Assembly (NCBI GenBank): GCA_903873735.1
Contig: CAIQPO010000043.1
Span: forward strand, 1 to 39,399
Origin: Candidatus Collierbacteria bacterium
GTDB taxonomy: Bacteria > Patescibacteriota > Microgenomatia > UBA1400 > MFAQ01
Length of the DNA: 39,399 bases
Reading direction: 5' to 3'
Part shown: positions 1 through 8,441 of the stretch, piece after piece
Numbering within the stretch: the stretch's first letter is position 1
Layout: each line of letters opens with the position of its first letter
Position numbers and translations under genes: made by a program
The notes under the pieces: model-generated
Database searches by the model: none
Seen by the model: the letters and a program-made list of their open reading frames with translations, nothing else
What the model was told of the DNA's origin: nothing

Positions 1-1496
1 GACATCTTTCCTTTAAACTTTACCAAAAGTTTATCATTTATCAGTATTACCGCCCCGTTGTACATAGCATCTACCAATCTAGGTTCAGCATCGCTACAAA
101 GACCCCATCCATTATGCTCAAGCTTTAATGATTGTTCATGTAAAACCAGATCAGAAGCCAATGCCTCTCTAATCTCTTGCGAACAATCAAAATAATTTAC
201 TGCTGCTAGAAGTGCACCGGCTTGAAATCTAAACTGTGGCAATCTTGACACCAATCTCAATAGCTCCATCCCCTCTCTTGTACTCATTAAAACTTTTAAA
301 TTTTTCGAGGGATACCCATCTTCATCAATAGACACGTCTCTATCTAAATTATCTGACTCACTACTACTGAAAATATCTCTTACCACCATCGACCTAGAAG
401 TATAATCACCAAGTTCTTCAATAATTTTTAACAACCTCATTCCATCCTCATCAGATAAACTTTCCATCAAATCTTCCATACACTCAAAATCTGTTCTTTC
501 TAGACAGTCAGTATCAACAGCCTGGCTAGGTGCTGATTCTTCCTTATTTTCTTCTACAATTTTCCATATTTTTCTCATAAATCCCCTCGGCAAGCTCCTT
601 TCGATACCAATTTGATCTGCATTCATCCAATTTCCCATCGCTCTTGCTATAAACTTCTCATGTCCTCTAGAACTCCAAAAAGTCATACAATTATTTATTT
701 CTTGACACAAATCAGATAATCTTCCAATTTCTGGTTCAAGAGCTGTCCTAACATCTCTCATCCCATCCCATCTCAATCTAGTAGCTTTCTTTTCAAATGA
801 GCTTTGCAACATCTCTATCGGTCCATCACTATAAAAAGTATCCATTTCGTTTCCAGATGAAAAATGTTTACTTACTATCTCAATTTGACCACCAATCTCA
901 TAACAATTACGCACTAGAGACCATGCCTCGCTTCTTTCCGCATAGTATGTAGACTTTGTCATCTCCACCACTAGTGGCATCGCCACCTCCAACAGCTCCT
1001 TATCTCTCTGAAGGATAGGTTCTAAGTTAGAAACTATTCTATGAGAGCTTTCATCAGCTCTTTGCCTCCTGAGTTTTCTTCTTTCAGCCTCAAACAACAA
1101 TCCAACTGCCCCTACCTCATTTTCTGATAACCTAGCTCCCCTATTTCTAAGTTTGTATCTCTCAAGCTTCTCTCCTAAAGTGGCAAGGGCACTATCATAC
1201 TCAGTTACTGCATCAGAAGAGTCATTCACCTCAACAAAACCGGACAGAAATATCGCTAACTCTACAATACTCATCCTCTCTGAGGCAGTGTGCATCGCCT
1301 TTACAATAACTAAACTGTCATCACTCCACACCCCATCGCATCTATACTCCTCTGCCAGTTCTTCAGATAGCCGCGCTACCATCTTTCTTACTTCTGGGCT
1401 GCTAGAGTCGAGCATTAAACTTACATCAACCTCTTGCTTTTGCTCCTCTTCCCCCCTCGACGACCCAAACATATTTTCAATAAATCTCCATGTCAT
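1..1496 (-). CDS. Hypothetical protein, >498 aa, truncated by window edge
   Basis: Own translation from ATG 1496 (MTWRFIENMFGSSRGEEEQKQ...): open for the first ~200 codons and in the same frame at the window edge; the middle was not read codon by codon. Absent from the ORF track, consistent with no stop in the window. No family recognised. Confidence 0.75.
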   Translation of the reverse strand, partial: MTWRFIENMFGSSRGEEEQKQEVDVSLMLDSSSPEVRKMVARLSEELAEEYRCDGVWSDDSLVIVKAMHTASERMSIVELAIFLSGFVEVNDSSDAVTEYDSALATLGEKLERYKLRNRGARLSENEVGAVGLLFEAERRKLRRQRADESSHRIVSNLEPILQRDKELLEVAMPLVVEMTKSTYYAERSEAWSLVRNCYEIGGQIEIVSKHFSSGNEMDTFYSDGPIEMLQSSFEKKATRLRWDGMRDVRTALEPEIGRLSDLCQEINNCMTFWSSRGHEKFIARAMGNWMNADQIGIERSLPRGFMRKIWKIVEENKEESAPSQAVDTDCLERTDFECMEDLMESLSDEDGMRLLKIIEELGDYTSRSMVVRDIFSSSESDNLDRDVSIDEDGYPSKNLKVLMSTREGMELLRLVSRLPQFRFQAGALLAAVNYFDCSQEIREALASDLVLHEQSLKLEHNGWGLCSDAEPRLVDAMYNGAVILINDKLLVKFKGKM

Positions 1497-1504
1497 ACAA
1501 AATC

Positions 1505-1720
1505 TCAGTTGAAAATATATTTTGCTAAAAATGGCCTTATTTCAGGAAACTTTTCTCCCATGACCACCATTTTTTTCTTTAATTCAAAAACTGAGATTCC
1601 ATCCAAAAGAAGATTATCCGCATATACCATCACTAACCTTTTTCTTTCCATATCAATATCAATACTAGACAAAAAACTGCCAATGTCTAACCTAATATTT
1701 ATTAGTTGATTATCCGTCAT
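1505..1720 (-). CDS. Small hypothetical protein (71 aa)
   Basis: Fills the gap between dnaX and the left-edge gene on the same strand. Confidence 0.5.
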   Translation of the reverse strand: MTDNQLINIRLDIGSFLSSIDIDMERKRLVMVYADNLLLDGISVFELKKKMVVMGEKFPEIRPFLAKYIFN

Positions 1721-1772
1721 ATCTTCGGGCAGATACGCGCGAATATACTAAACCTTTACGAAAAATGCAAAC

Positions 1773-3287
1773 TCACCCAAAAATCTCTTCTACACTCGCT
1801 TCCTTCTTAGTATCATGATCAGTACCTGCCTTAATCTCATCACCACCTGCCCTCACTTTTTCTCCCAAAACACACCTCACATTCATCGGTCCCCAGACAG
1901 CTGCCACAGCCTCCTCGACCACTTTTCTCTTTGAATCCTGTTCAAGTTGACTTTTGTGAAACGGATAAAACACTTCAAGCATTAACTCTCTACCATCAAT
2001 ATATTTTGGCATTGCAGATCGAAGCAAGCCAGCGATAGACTGATTCTTTGGCGCCAAGCCAGACAAAAATGTATCCCACTCTGTCTTTACTTTCTCTATA
2101 CTAGCCAGCTCTGTGACCGATGTCGTTCCTGCAGACTCCACTTTTAATTCGACAGTCGTGTGAACATCATCATTTTTCTCCACGCTATCAGATCTTTTAG
2201 TTTCTGTTCTTTCTACTTTATTCACTGCACCACCAGAGGCAAAGCCAGTACTAGCCACAGGAGTTGACTTATCTACCGCGGCAGACAGCAATGCCAGTTC
2301 AATCGGCAAGATTGGAATTGGTGAATACTTTACCTTCTCTGATGCTGTTACCAATCTGTCAATTAGCCTGGCATACCTTACAAAATCAGCCCCACCCATA
2401 CTTTCTTCCATCTTCACCCGAATATAAGCTAATAAATCCGACAAAAGTATTGTAGCCCTTACCCCTTCCTCTTCCAACACTTTAATAGCCCGAACCAGCT
2501 CTTCAGGCTGACCCGACACCGACAACTCTACCAATCTTCCAACGACTCTTGTACCTACCAAACCCAATGAGGATCTCGCGAGCTCCTCATTAACCAACGC
2601 CTGTCTTGATGCTAATTGTTCAAGAAGCTTGTGTCCCTCTCTAAAACTCCCATCCGCCGCCTCAGCCACCAACTCCAAGCCACCCTCAAACACTTCGAGA
2701 CCTTCACCCGAAACCGCTTTAGACAAAGACCTAACAATTTCTTTAGTTGTGGCTCTGGTAAAGTTAATTCTTGCGCAACGACTAATTATCGTTTCTGGCA
2801 CCTTGTGAGCCTCTGTGGTGCACAAGAAAAACATTGCATGTGCTGGTGGCTCCTCCAGTGTTTTAAGCAAGGCATTAAAGGCCTCGTTGGTCAACATGTG
2901 AACCTCATCAATAATGTACACCTTCTTCTTCAAGGACACGGGAGAAAGCCTAATCTTTGATCTCAAATCACGCACGTCGTCAATACTTCTATGTGACGCA
3001 GCATCCATCTCTAAGATATCAACCGAGCTTGATTTCAATATACTTTTACAGTTCTCGCACTCACCACAAGGCTCGACTAAGTTTACTTTCTTTTCACCAT
3101 TTTTCTTACAATTTACCGCTTGAGCCAATATCCTTGCTGCACTTGTTTTTCCCGCTCCTCTTGGTCCAACCAATAAATATGCGTGAGAAAAATTCCCAGA
3201 CTTCAACACCGACAAAAAAATCTCCCTCACACCATCAAGGTCTAGTTCCTCTATCTTTCTTGGTCGATATTTCTGGTAATAACTCAC
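1773..3287 (-). CDS. dnaX: DNA polymerase III subunit gamma/tau
   Basis: YQKYRP start, Walker A GPRGAGKTS, Cys zinc module, IIDEVHML, NALLKTLEEPP, SRC motif. Confidence 0.97.
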   Translation of the reverse strand: MSYYQKYRPRKIEELDLDGVREIFLSVLKSGNFSHAYLLVGPRGAGKTSAARILAQAVNCKKNGEKKVNLVEPCGECENCKSILKSSSVDILEMDAASHRSIDDVRDLRSKIRLSPVSLKKKVYIIDEVHMLTNEAFNALLKTLEEPPAHAMFFLCTTEAHKVPETIISRCARINFTRATTKEIVRSLSKAVSGEGLEVFEGGLELVAEAADGSFREGHKLLEQLASRQALVNEELARSSLGLVGTRVVGRLVELSVSGQPEELVRAIKVLEEEGVRATILLSDLLAYIRVKMEESMGGADFVRYARLIDRLVTASEKVKYSPIPILPIELALLSAAVDKSTPVASTGFASGGAVNKVERTETKRSDSVEKNDDVHTTVELKVESAGTTSVTELASIEKVKTEWDTFLSGLAPKNQSIAGLLRSAMPKYIDGRELMLEVFYPFHKSQLEQDSKRKVVEEAVAAVWGPMNVRCVLGEKVRAGGDEIKAGTDHDTKKEASVEEIFG

Positions 3288-3293
3288 CTTTAA

Positions 3294-3322
3294 ACCTTAT
3301 GGCTAATACTCCTCACTGTCAA
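3294..3322 (-). promoter_or_regulatory. Sigma70 promoter of dnaX, probably leaderless transcript
   Basis: TTGACA (3322-3317), 17 nt, TAAGGT (3299-3294), 6 nt, GTG start. Confidence 0.6.
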
Positions 3323-3442
3323 CTGGATTTAATTTACTCAATTACGAAAAAATTACCGATGATCCAACATCATCATCAAGCGCCATGCCTATCTGAAAAA
3401 CAAATAATTTATTACTATATAATACCGAAGATTATACGAACT

Positions 3443-3832
3443 TTATTCGTGATGTATGCCTAAAAGATGAAGAAGCCCATGACAGGCTAGAAACTCTATC
3501 TCATCATCAAGGAGTTTATTCCACTGCATTGCTTGTCTCTTTGCCTGCGGATAGCAAATCACAATATCCCCCAAAGACATTCCATCTGGATCTTCAGGAG
3601 CATCTCCCCCTTCTTTCATAGGAAACGACAACACATCTGTTACCTCATCTCTATCAAAAAACTTCTTCTCAAGCTCTCTAATTTTTCTCTCCCCCACCAC
3701 AGACAGACTTATTTTGTATTCGCCTGTCTCTTCGGTGTTTTCAGTTAGCACACGCACCAGTGCCTCTTTAATCTGCTTTCTGTTAAACGGATATCTAGAG
3801 TCTGCATCTATTGTTAGATCAAGTTTTACCAT
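3443..3832 (-). CDS. ybeY: rRNA maturation endoribonuclease YbeY
   Basis: TDVLSFP, LGDIVIC and HGLLHLLGIHH metal-binding motif. Confidence 0.95.
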   Translation of the reverse strand: MVKLDLTIDADSRYPFNRKQIKEALVRVLTENTEETGEYKISLSVVGERKIRELEKKFFDRDEVTDVLSFPMKEGGDAPEDPDGMSLGDIVICYPQAKRQAMQWNKLLDDEIEFLACHGLLHLLGIHHE

Positions 3833-3849
3833 TGGCTATATTTTAGCCG

Positions 3850-3875
3850 AAAAAAAACCCAGATAAAATCTGGGT
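3850..3875 (-). terminator. Intrinsic terminator, cassette 1
   Basis: ACCCAGAT-3 nt-ATCTGGGT hairpin followed by a T run on the minus strand. Confidence 0.8.
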
Positions 3876-3883
3876 CAATCATG

Positions 3884-4120
3884 CTACTCGGCGAAAGCCG
3901 GTATCTTCTCCTTGATCAGGTCGGAGGTGTCTTCATCGTCAACTGGGCGAACATCATGCCCGCAATCAGGGCAGACCGCCTTGACATCTACCGGCATCTC
4001 ACCGGCCATCTTGAATTCAAAGTCGACAAACCGCTGAACATCGTACAGGTGCTGACAACCTTCGCAGCGACAAAGTACAGGGAAATGCAAACCATCATGC
4101 TGACGGCGAACAACAGACAT
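3884..4120 (-). CDS. Cassette 1 cargo: small zinc-ribbon-like protein (78 aa)
   Basis: CRCEGC...CPDC; GGAGG SD; own promoter and terminator; C-ending codons unlike flanking minus-strand genes. Confidence 0.8.
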   Translation of the reverse strand: MSVVRRQHDGLHFPVLCRCEGCQHLYDVQRFVDFEFKMAGEMPVDVKAVCPDCGHDVRPVDDEDTSDLIKEKIPAFAE

Positions 4121-4125
4121 AGAAA

Positions 4126-4185
4126 CCTCCTCAAATTAAAAAGTTCGGATTTGAGTATTCTACCCTATAACCTAAAATAAGTCAA
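4126..4185 (-). promoter_or_regulatory. Cassette 1 promoter + boxA-like motif + SD
   Basis: TTGACT(4185-4180)-17-TAGAAT(4162-4157); CGAACTTTTTA (4147-4137); GGAGG (4130-4126). Confidence 0.75.
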
Positions 4186-4187
4186 AA

Positions 4188-4619
4188 TTACCCAGGGAAA
4201 TTTTTACTTACCAGCCTGTTCACCACGCTACCATCTACTTTTCCTCTAAGCTTGCCCATCACCAACCCCATTAGTCTCCCGCCTCTCACACCACTCGTCT
4301 CTGCTTCAGCCTTAATCACAGACAGCACCTCTTCCTCATCCATCATTTTTGGTAAATATTTTTGAATTTCTTCCAGTTCGTATTTCTCTTGATCTGCCCT
4401 CTCTACTGCTCCTGCTTTCTCATAAACTTCAATCGACTCCCTTCTCTTTTTCTGCTCCTTCATCAGCACTTTGATTATCTCCTCATCATTCAACTCACTT
4501 TGCTTATCCACCTGGGCATAACCAATTTCTGTAAGCAGCAATCTGATTACACCCAGCAAACGAACATCTTTGGCTTTTTGAGCCTCTACCATGTCCGCTT
4601 TTATTTGTGAATAAAGCAT
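4188..4619 (-). CDS. yqeY: GatB/YqeY domain protein
   Basis: KKRRESIEVY, ELEEIQKYLP, MGLVMGKLRGKVDG; follows rpsU as in many bacteria. Confidence 0.9.
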   Translation of the reverse strand: MLYSQIKADMVEAQKAKDVRLLGVIRLLLTEIGYAQVDKQSELNDEEIIKVLMKEQKKRRESIEVYEKAGAVERADQEKYELEEIQKYLPKMMDEEEVLSVIKAEAETSGVRGGRLMGLVMGKLRGKVDGSVVNRLVSKNFPG

Positions 4620-4625
4620 TTTTTA

Positions 4626-4853
4626 TTATTTTTTAGTGATACCTGCAAGTCTCTTATTTCTTCTTCTAATCTTAGCAGAAGCCTTTCTTAGCTCAGTCAT
4701 TTTGATATTCTTAAGCTTTGATGGCTTTTGGTATCCAGTCATGCCCACAGACTTGACCCGTTCAAGACCCTGATCTTCAAAAGTCAGTTTCCTAAATTCA
4801 TTGATCATCTGTTGTGCATTTTGTCCTTGCTTCTTGCGCACGACAATTGCCAT
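4626..4853 (-). CDS. rpsU: 30S ribosomal protein bS21
   Basis: Small basic protein with YQKPS motif in HIT-rpsU-yqeY synteny; GGAGG SD. Confidence 0.75.
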   Translation of the reverse strand: MAIVVRKKQGQNAQQMINEFRKLTFEDQGLERVKSVGMTGYQKPSKLKNIKMTELRKASAKIRRRNKRLAGITKK

Positions 4854-4890
4854 AAAGATACACCTCCTTTTTTTAAATACAATCTACTTA

Positions 4891-5238
4891 TTAAGTTTGG
4901 CCGGCTGGTTCAGTCTTTGTTCCACCTAATATATGAATATGTTCATGACTAAAGTGGTTATATCCTGCCCCATTATTCACCAGCTTGTATCCAGTCTTAT
5001 CCAAACCCTGCTCCGATACAACGGCAAAAACGGCTTCCATTATTTTACCCCAAAACACCCCTGAATTACTAGAGGCTACTTCTTTCTTGTCTTTATGATC
5101 TTTTGGAATAACCAGTAGATGTACTGGTGCAACCGGATACTTGTTTTTTATACACAAAAACTTATCATTTTCCCAAACTTTCACTGAGGGCTCTACACCT
5201 TCAGTGATTTTGCAAAACAAACAAGATTGATCTTTCAT
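4891..5238 (-). CDS. HIT (histidine triad) family nucleotide hydrolase
   Basis: CLFCKI, PVAPVHLLVIPK, HEHIHILGG triad; start moved to ATG 5238, just after the rseP stop. Confidence 0.92.
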   Translation of the reverse strand: MKDQSCLFCKITEGVEPSVKVWENDKFLCIKNKYPVAPVHLLVIPKDHKDKKEVASSNSGVFWGKIMEAVFAVVSEQGLDKTGYKLVNNGAGYNHFSHEHIHILGGTKTEPAGQT

Positions 5239-5239
5239 G

Positions 5240-6322
5240 CTATACCTTACCAAACAACCTTAATATATCTCTAATGGTAATAAGCACCATTAGACCCAAC
5301 AAAAACACCATCCCCCCAGTATGGACATACCCCTCAATTTTATTTTTCAACTTTTTTCCAATAATAATTTCCAAAAACAAAAAGGCTATTCTGCCACCGT
5401 CCAGAGCCGGAAAAGGCATGATGTTCATTATTGCCAAATTTATTGACAATACTCCCATAAACATCAATATAGGTAAAATTCCACTTCCATAGACATTCTT
5501 TGTTGCCTGATAAATTCCCACTGGACCAGCCACATCTTTTGGTGCTCCTTTTCCTGAAAATACATCCACCACTAAATTCTTCAATCCCAAGGTTATTTCT
5601 CTACCCCAAGACAAAGCTTCATCCAGTCCTGCCATAATGCCTCTAAAAGGCTTTTCGTACCAGGGATAGTTTACTATCTTCACACTGGTAAGTGTCACTC
5701 CCAATGCTCCCTCCCCCTGAGGCGGATTTTCTCTAGGGATAAGTGACTTCTTGAGTTTTTCTCCCCCTCTGTTCACAGTCAGAACAATCTCTTTTCCTTT
5801 GTTTTTTGAAACGATGTCTATAAAACCAGATACATCTTTAAACGAAACCGCAACACCATCTACCTCTAAAACCTCGAACACATCTTCTGACTTTATTTCT
5901 ACTTTTTCCGCAGGAGAGCCTGAAGCCACCCCATCAACAATCACCAAATTAGTCTTCACTGGGATACCCACAAAAGAGTAGACTACTGCAAACAAGATTA
6001 CCCCCAAGACAAAGTTCATTACTACTCCTGCAACCAAAACACCAGCTCTTTGCCAGATTGGCTTGTTAAAAAACGCTTCCGGAGAAGATGCTTGAGACTC
6101 ATCCTCCATATCTTCACCCCAAAGTTTTACAAATCCTCCTATCGGTAACCAATTTAAGCTAAAAATTGTACCTCCTTTTGTAAATAACTTTCTAGCTCTC
6201 GGTGGTAAGCCAATTCCAAATTCTTCAACCCTCATCTTGAAAACTCTGGCCATCACAAAATGTCCAAGCTCATGAATTAATACCAAAACAGACAGAATCA
6301 CTATAAAAATTAAAATACCCAT
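5240..6322 (-). CDS. rseP: RIP metalloprotease RseP (M50, PDZ)
   Basis: HELGH, EFGIG, LPIGGFV, PDZ-like segment, NIMPFPALDGG. Confidence 0.95.
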   Translation of the reverse strand: MGILIFIVILSVLVLIHELGHFVMARVFKMRVEEFGIGLPPRARKLFTKGGTIFSLNWLPIGGFVKLWGEDMEDESQASSPEAFFNKPIWQRAGVLVAGVVMNFVLGVILFAVVYSFVGIPVKTNLVIVDGVASGSPAEKVEIKSEDVFEVLEVDGVAVSFKDVSGFIDIVSKNKGKEIVLTVNRGGEKLKKSLIPRENPPQGEGALGVTLTSVKIVNYPWYEKPFRGIMAGLDEALSWGREITLGLKNLVVDVFSGKGAPKDVAGPVGIYQATKNVYGSGILPILMFMGVLSINLAIMNIMPFPALDGGRIAFLFLEIIIGKKLKNKIEGYVHTGGMVFLLGLMVLITIRDILRLFGKV

Positions 6323-6337
6323 TGCCTAATTTTACAT

Positions 6338-6360
6338 AAAAAACCCGCCAATTGGCGGGT
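6338..6360 (-). terminator. Intrinsic terminator, cassette 2
   Basis: Palindrome ACCCGCCAATTGGCGGGT plus T run on the minus strand. Confidence 0.8.
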
Positions 6361-6367
6361 AAATCTT

Positions 6368-6655
6368 TCAAGCAGCAACAGGTAAAGCCTGCAGCTTTTC
6401 ATAGGCGAGGCGCACTTCAGTTTCCATTTCTGGACGGTAAGTGCAGATTCCGCGCGTGTCACGCGGCTGTCCTTCAATGTACTGCGCCGTTGACGGTGAA
6501 CCAATACATTCGCCCTCTGGCAGAATATGACGACTCTCTCCTTCATCGAAGACCATCTGATTTCTGGTGTAACCCATCAATTCATAGAGCAACCAGGCGT
6601 CATTGTTGGGTTGCACTGGCTGGCCACAGCGATCACAGGTAGGTAAGTTGCACAT
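6368..6655 (-). CDS. Cassette 2 cargo: hypothetical protein (95 aa) with N-terminal CxxC
   Basis: Start placed at ATG 6655 (MCNLPTCDRCG) after GAGGAG SD; own promoter and terminator. Confidence 0.75.
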   Translation of the reverse strand: MCNLPTCDRCGQPVQPNNDAWLLYELMGYTRNQMVFDEGESRHILPEGECIGSPSTAQYIEGQPRDTRGICTYRPEMETEVRLAYEKLQALPVAA

Positions 6656-6660
6656 ATCAT

Positions 6661-6730
6661 CTCCTCTGACAACAAAGTCCAGTTTAAAGAGCAATTGATG
6701 CATTATAGGGTATATTCTCCTAAAAGTCAA
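6661..6730 (-). promoter_or_regulatory. Cassette 2 promoter + near-consensus boxA + SD
   Basis: TTGACT(6730-6725)-17-TATAAT(6707-6702); TGCTCTTTAAA (6693-6683) versus E. coli rrn boxA TGCTCTTTAACA; GAGGAG (6666-6661). Confidence 0.8.
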
Positions 6731-6755
6731 AAAACCCACCCCTTCTAAGGGTGGG
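6729..6755 (-). terminator. Intrinsic terminator, cassette 3
   Basis: CCCACCC...GGGTGGG stem; its T run supplies the TT of the next -35 box (TTTTTTGACT). Confidence 0.8.
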
Positions 6756-6763
6756 CAATCATC

Positions 6764-7111
6764 TCAACACATCTTGTTAATTCTGCTTTCCAGATCAGCC
6801 ATCTGCTGAGCAATAATCTGATCCCAGTCAGAGGTATAAGCTTTAGCAGGATTTTCAGGCTCAACATAATCTCCAAGCACGTCGCCCGCCCTAACCTTGA
6901 AAACAGCCCCATTCAACAGATGAAGCTCGATCAGGTTATCCTCAAGACGTACTACACTCAAGCATGCTGGAGATGTTTTTGCCTGCTGCTCAAAGGCAGA
7001 AAGTGCAGTCAGCTGATTTGACCCTACTGCCGTAAAACCAGGAACAACTTGAAAATCCTTCCCCGGCCATGAAGCTTCTAGAGCAAAAACCTTCTCTGGA
7101 ATAGAGTTCAT
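6764..7111 (-). CDS. Cassette 3 cargo: hypothetical protein (115 aa)
   Basis: GGAGGT SD, own -10, boxA-like motif and terminator; no family recognised. Confidence 0.75.
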   Translation of the reverse strand: MNSIPEKVFALEASWPGKDFQVVPGFTAVGSNQLTALSAFEQQAKTSPACLSVVRLEDNLIELHLLNGAVFKVRAGDVLGDYVEPENPAKAYTSDWDQIIAQQMADLESRINKMC

Positions 7112-7116
7112 TCGTC

Positions 7117-7158
7117 ACCTCCAAAGACTTCAGAATAAATGTTCGATGCTTAATTATA
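7117..7158 (-). promoter_or_regulatory. Cassette 3 -10 box + boxA-like motif + SD
   Basis: TATAAT (7158-7153); CGAACATTTAT (7145-7135); GGAGGT (7122-7117); no clear -35. Confidence 0.65.
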
Positions 7159-7165
7159 CTATAAG

Positions 7166-7729
7166 TTACACGTCCATGATTTCGTCCTCTTTTGCCTTAG
7201 CCAACTGCTCAATCTTTGTATTGTAATCACCCGTAACTTTATCCAGCTGCTCATGTAACATGAATATCTCATCCTCCGATACAGCCCCAGTATCTTTTAG
7301 ACCATCAACCTTCTCCTTAACATCTTGTCTTGCCTGCCTAAGCATCACCTTTCCACTCTCTGTTTTTTGCTTTAGTAGTTTTACGAAATCCAACCTTCTC
7401 TCTTGTGTTAAAGGAGGCAAAACGATCCTAATCTGATCACCAGATACCGCTGGAGATAATTGCATCTCGCTCTCCGCAATCGCCTTCTCAATTTCTCTTA
7501 TTAGACTTTTATCGTAGGGAGAAATTACCAACATGTTTGTGTCTGGAGCAGAAATAGTAGCTACTTCTACCAATCTCATCTTCGTCCCATACGCAAAGAC
7601 TAATACATTCTCTACCATATCAGGCTTAGCTCTACCGACCCGCACAGTAGACATATCTTCCTTCACAAGCTCCATCACCTTATCAAACTTTTGTTTTAAC
7701 AGTACTATCAGTTCGTGTTCCATTTGCAT
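7166..7729 (-). CDS. frr: Ribosome recycling factor
   Basis: VRVGRAKP, AYGTKMRLVEVATIS, LVISPYDKS, PPLTQERR. Confidence 0.96.
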   Translation of the reverse strand: MQMEHELIVLLKQKFDKVMELVKEDMSTVRVGRAKPDMVENVLVFAYGTKMRLVEVATISAPDTNMLVISPYDKSLIREIEKAIAESEMQLSPAVSGDQIRIVLPPLTQERRLDFVKLLKQKTESGKVMLRQARQDVKEKVDGLKDTGAVSEDEIFMLHEQLDKVTGDYNTKIEQLAKAKEDEIMDV

Positions 7730-7742
7730 AATCTATTTTAAC

Positions 7743-8021
7743 TTATTGTTTTTTTTGATACCAATCTCTTCTTTTATCACCCAACACTACCTCCTCCGGA
7801 TTTCTACCTAAAAACTCTTCACCTTCTGTTTCAGGTAAATTTATAACTGCTTGGTCTAAACTCTTACCACCCAAACTGACCTTGCCACCCAATTCACCCT
7901 GATTTAAAGGAGGAGTGCTTTCTCTCGCCTTTTCCGCCTTCTTCCTACCCGCCTCTGCCCTAGCTTGCTGCTCGGCAATCATGTCATTCATTATCTTCTG
8001 CATTTCTGGTGTTACTTCCAT
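7743..8021 (-). CDS. Hypothetical protein (92 aa)
   Basis: Start moved to ATG 8021 (MEVTPEMQK), preceded by TAAATT-7 nt; the longer ORF overlaps cassette 4. Confidence 0.55.
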   Translation of the reverse strand: MEVTPEMQKIMNDMIAEQQARAEAGRKKAEKARESTPPLNQGELGGKVSLGGKSLDQAVINLPETEGEEFLGRNPEEVVLGDKRRDWYQKKQ

Positions 8022-8056
8022 ACCATACAATTTACCACACTTACCCTTAAATAAAG

Positions 8057-8100
8057 TAAAATACATCCCTATAAACAGCACTTTGACCAAGAAAAGGAGG
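8057..8100 (+). promoter_or_regulatory. Cassette 4 -10 box + boxA-like motif + SD
   Basis: TAAAAT (8057-8062); AGCACTTTGAC (8077-8087); GGAGG (8096-8100). Confidence 0.65.
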
Positions 8101-8105
8101 TACCC

Positions 8106-8396
8106 ATGAATACTCTCTATGTCCTTATGAGCCTTTTTGGCATTAATTTTCTTCCTAAAGGCTTCGCCCCCATCCCCGGTAAGACATTCTCCAAAGGAAG
8201 CGGCATAATTTACGGACACGAAATTGGGGCAAATAAAAACCTGCGTCTGGAATATCAAGGTGCCACCGCCAACCCGACTTTCAAAAAGGATAAAGACTCC
8301 ATCTGTGTTTATTTCGGCAACGGCTTTGTCTGCCTTTTCCCCGATGGCAGTGTGGTCATCACCGACTGTATCAACCTCTCACTCCAGGTATACTAA
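8106..8396 (+). CDS. Cassette 4 cargo: hypothetical protein (96 aa)
   Basis: AAGGAGG SD, terminator right after the stop; lies antisense between tsf and frr. Confidence 0.7.
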   Translation: MNTLYVLMSLFGINFLPKGFAPIPGKTFSKGSGIIYGHEIGANKNLRLEYQGATANPTFKKDKDSICVYFGNGFVCLFPDGSVVITDCINLSLQVY

Positions 8397-8398
8397 CC

Positions 8399-8430
8399 AA
8401 AAAAGCCCGCATATAGCGGGCTCTTTTATT
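8399..8430. terminator. Bidirectional intrinsic terminator (cassette 4 / tsf)
   Basis: A run-AGCCCGC-ATATA-GCGGGCT-T-rich tail between convergent genes. Confidence 0.8.
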
Positions 8431-8441
8431 AAAAATCTGAT

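Noticed and set aside
1153-1709. Plus-strand ORFs 1153-1512 and 1434-1709, and the many similar short antisense ORFs across the window
   Set aside because: Ser/Leu/Phe-rich antisense shadows of purine-rich minus-strand genes, without expression signals.
3323-3442. SRP RNA (ffs), often found upstream of dnaX
   Set aside because: AT-rich and lacks the conserved SRP domain IV sequence.
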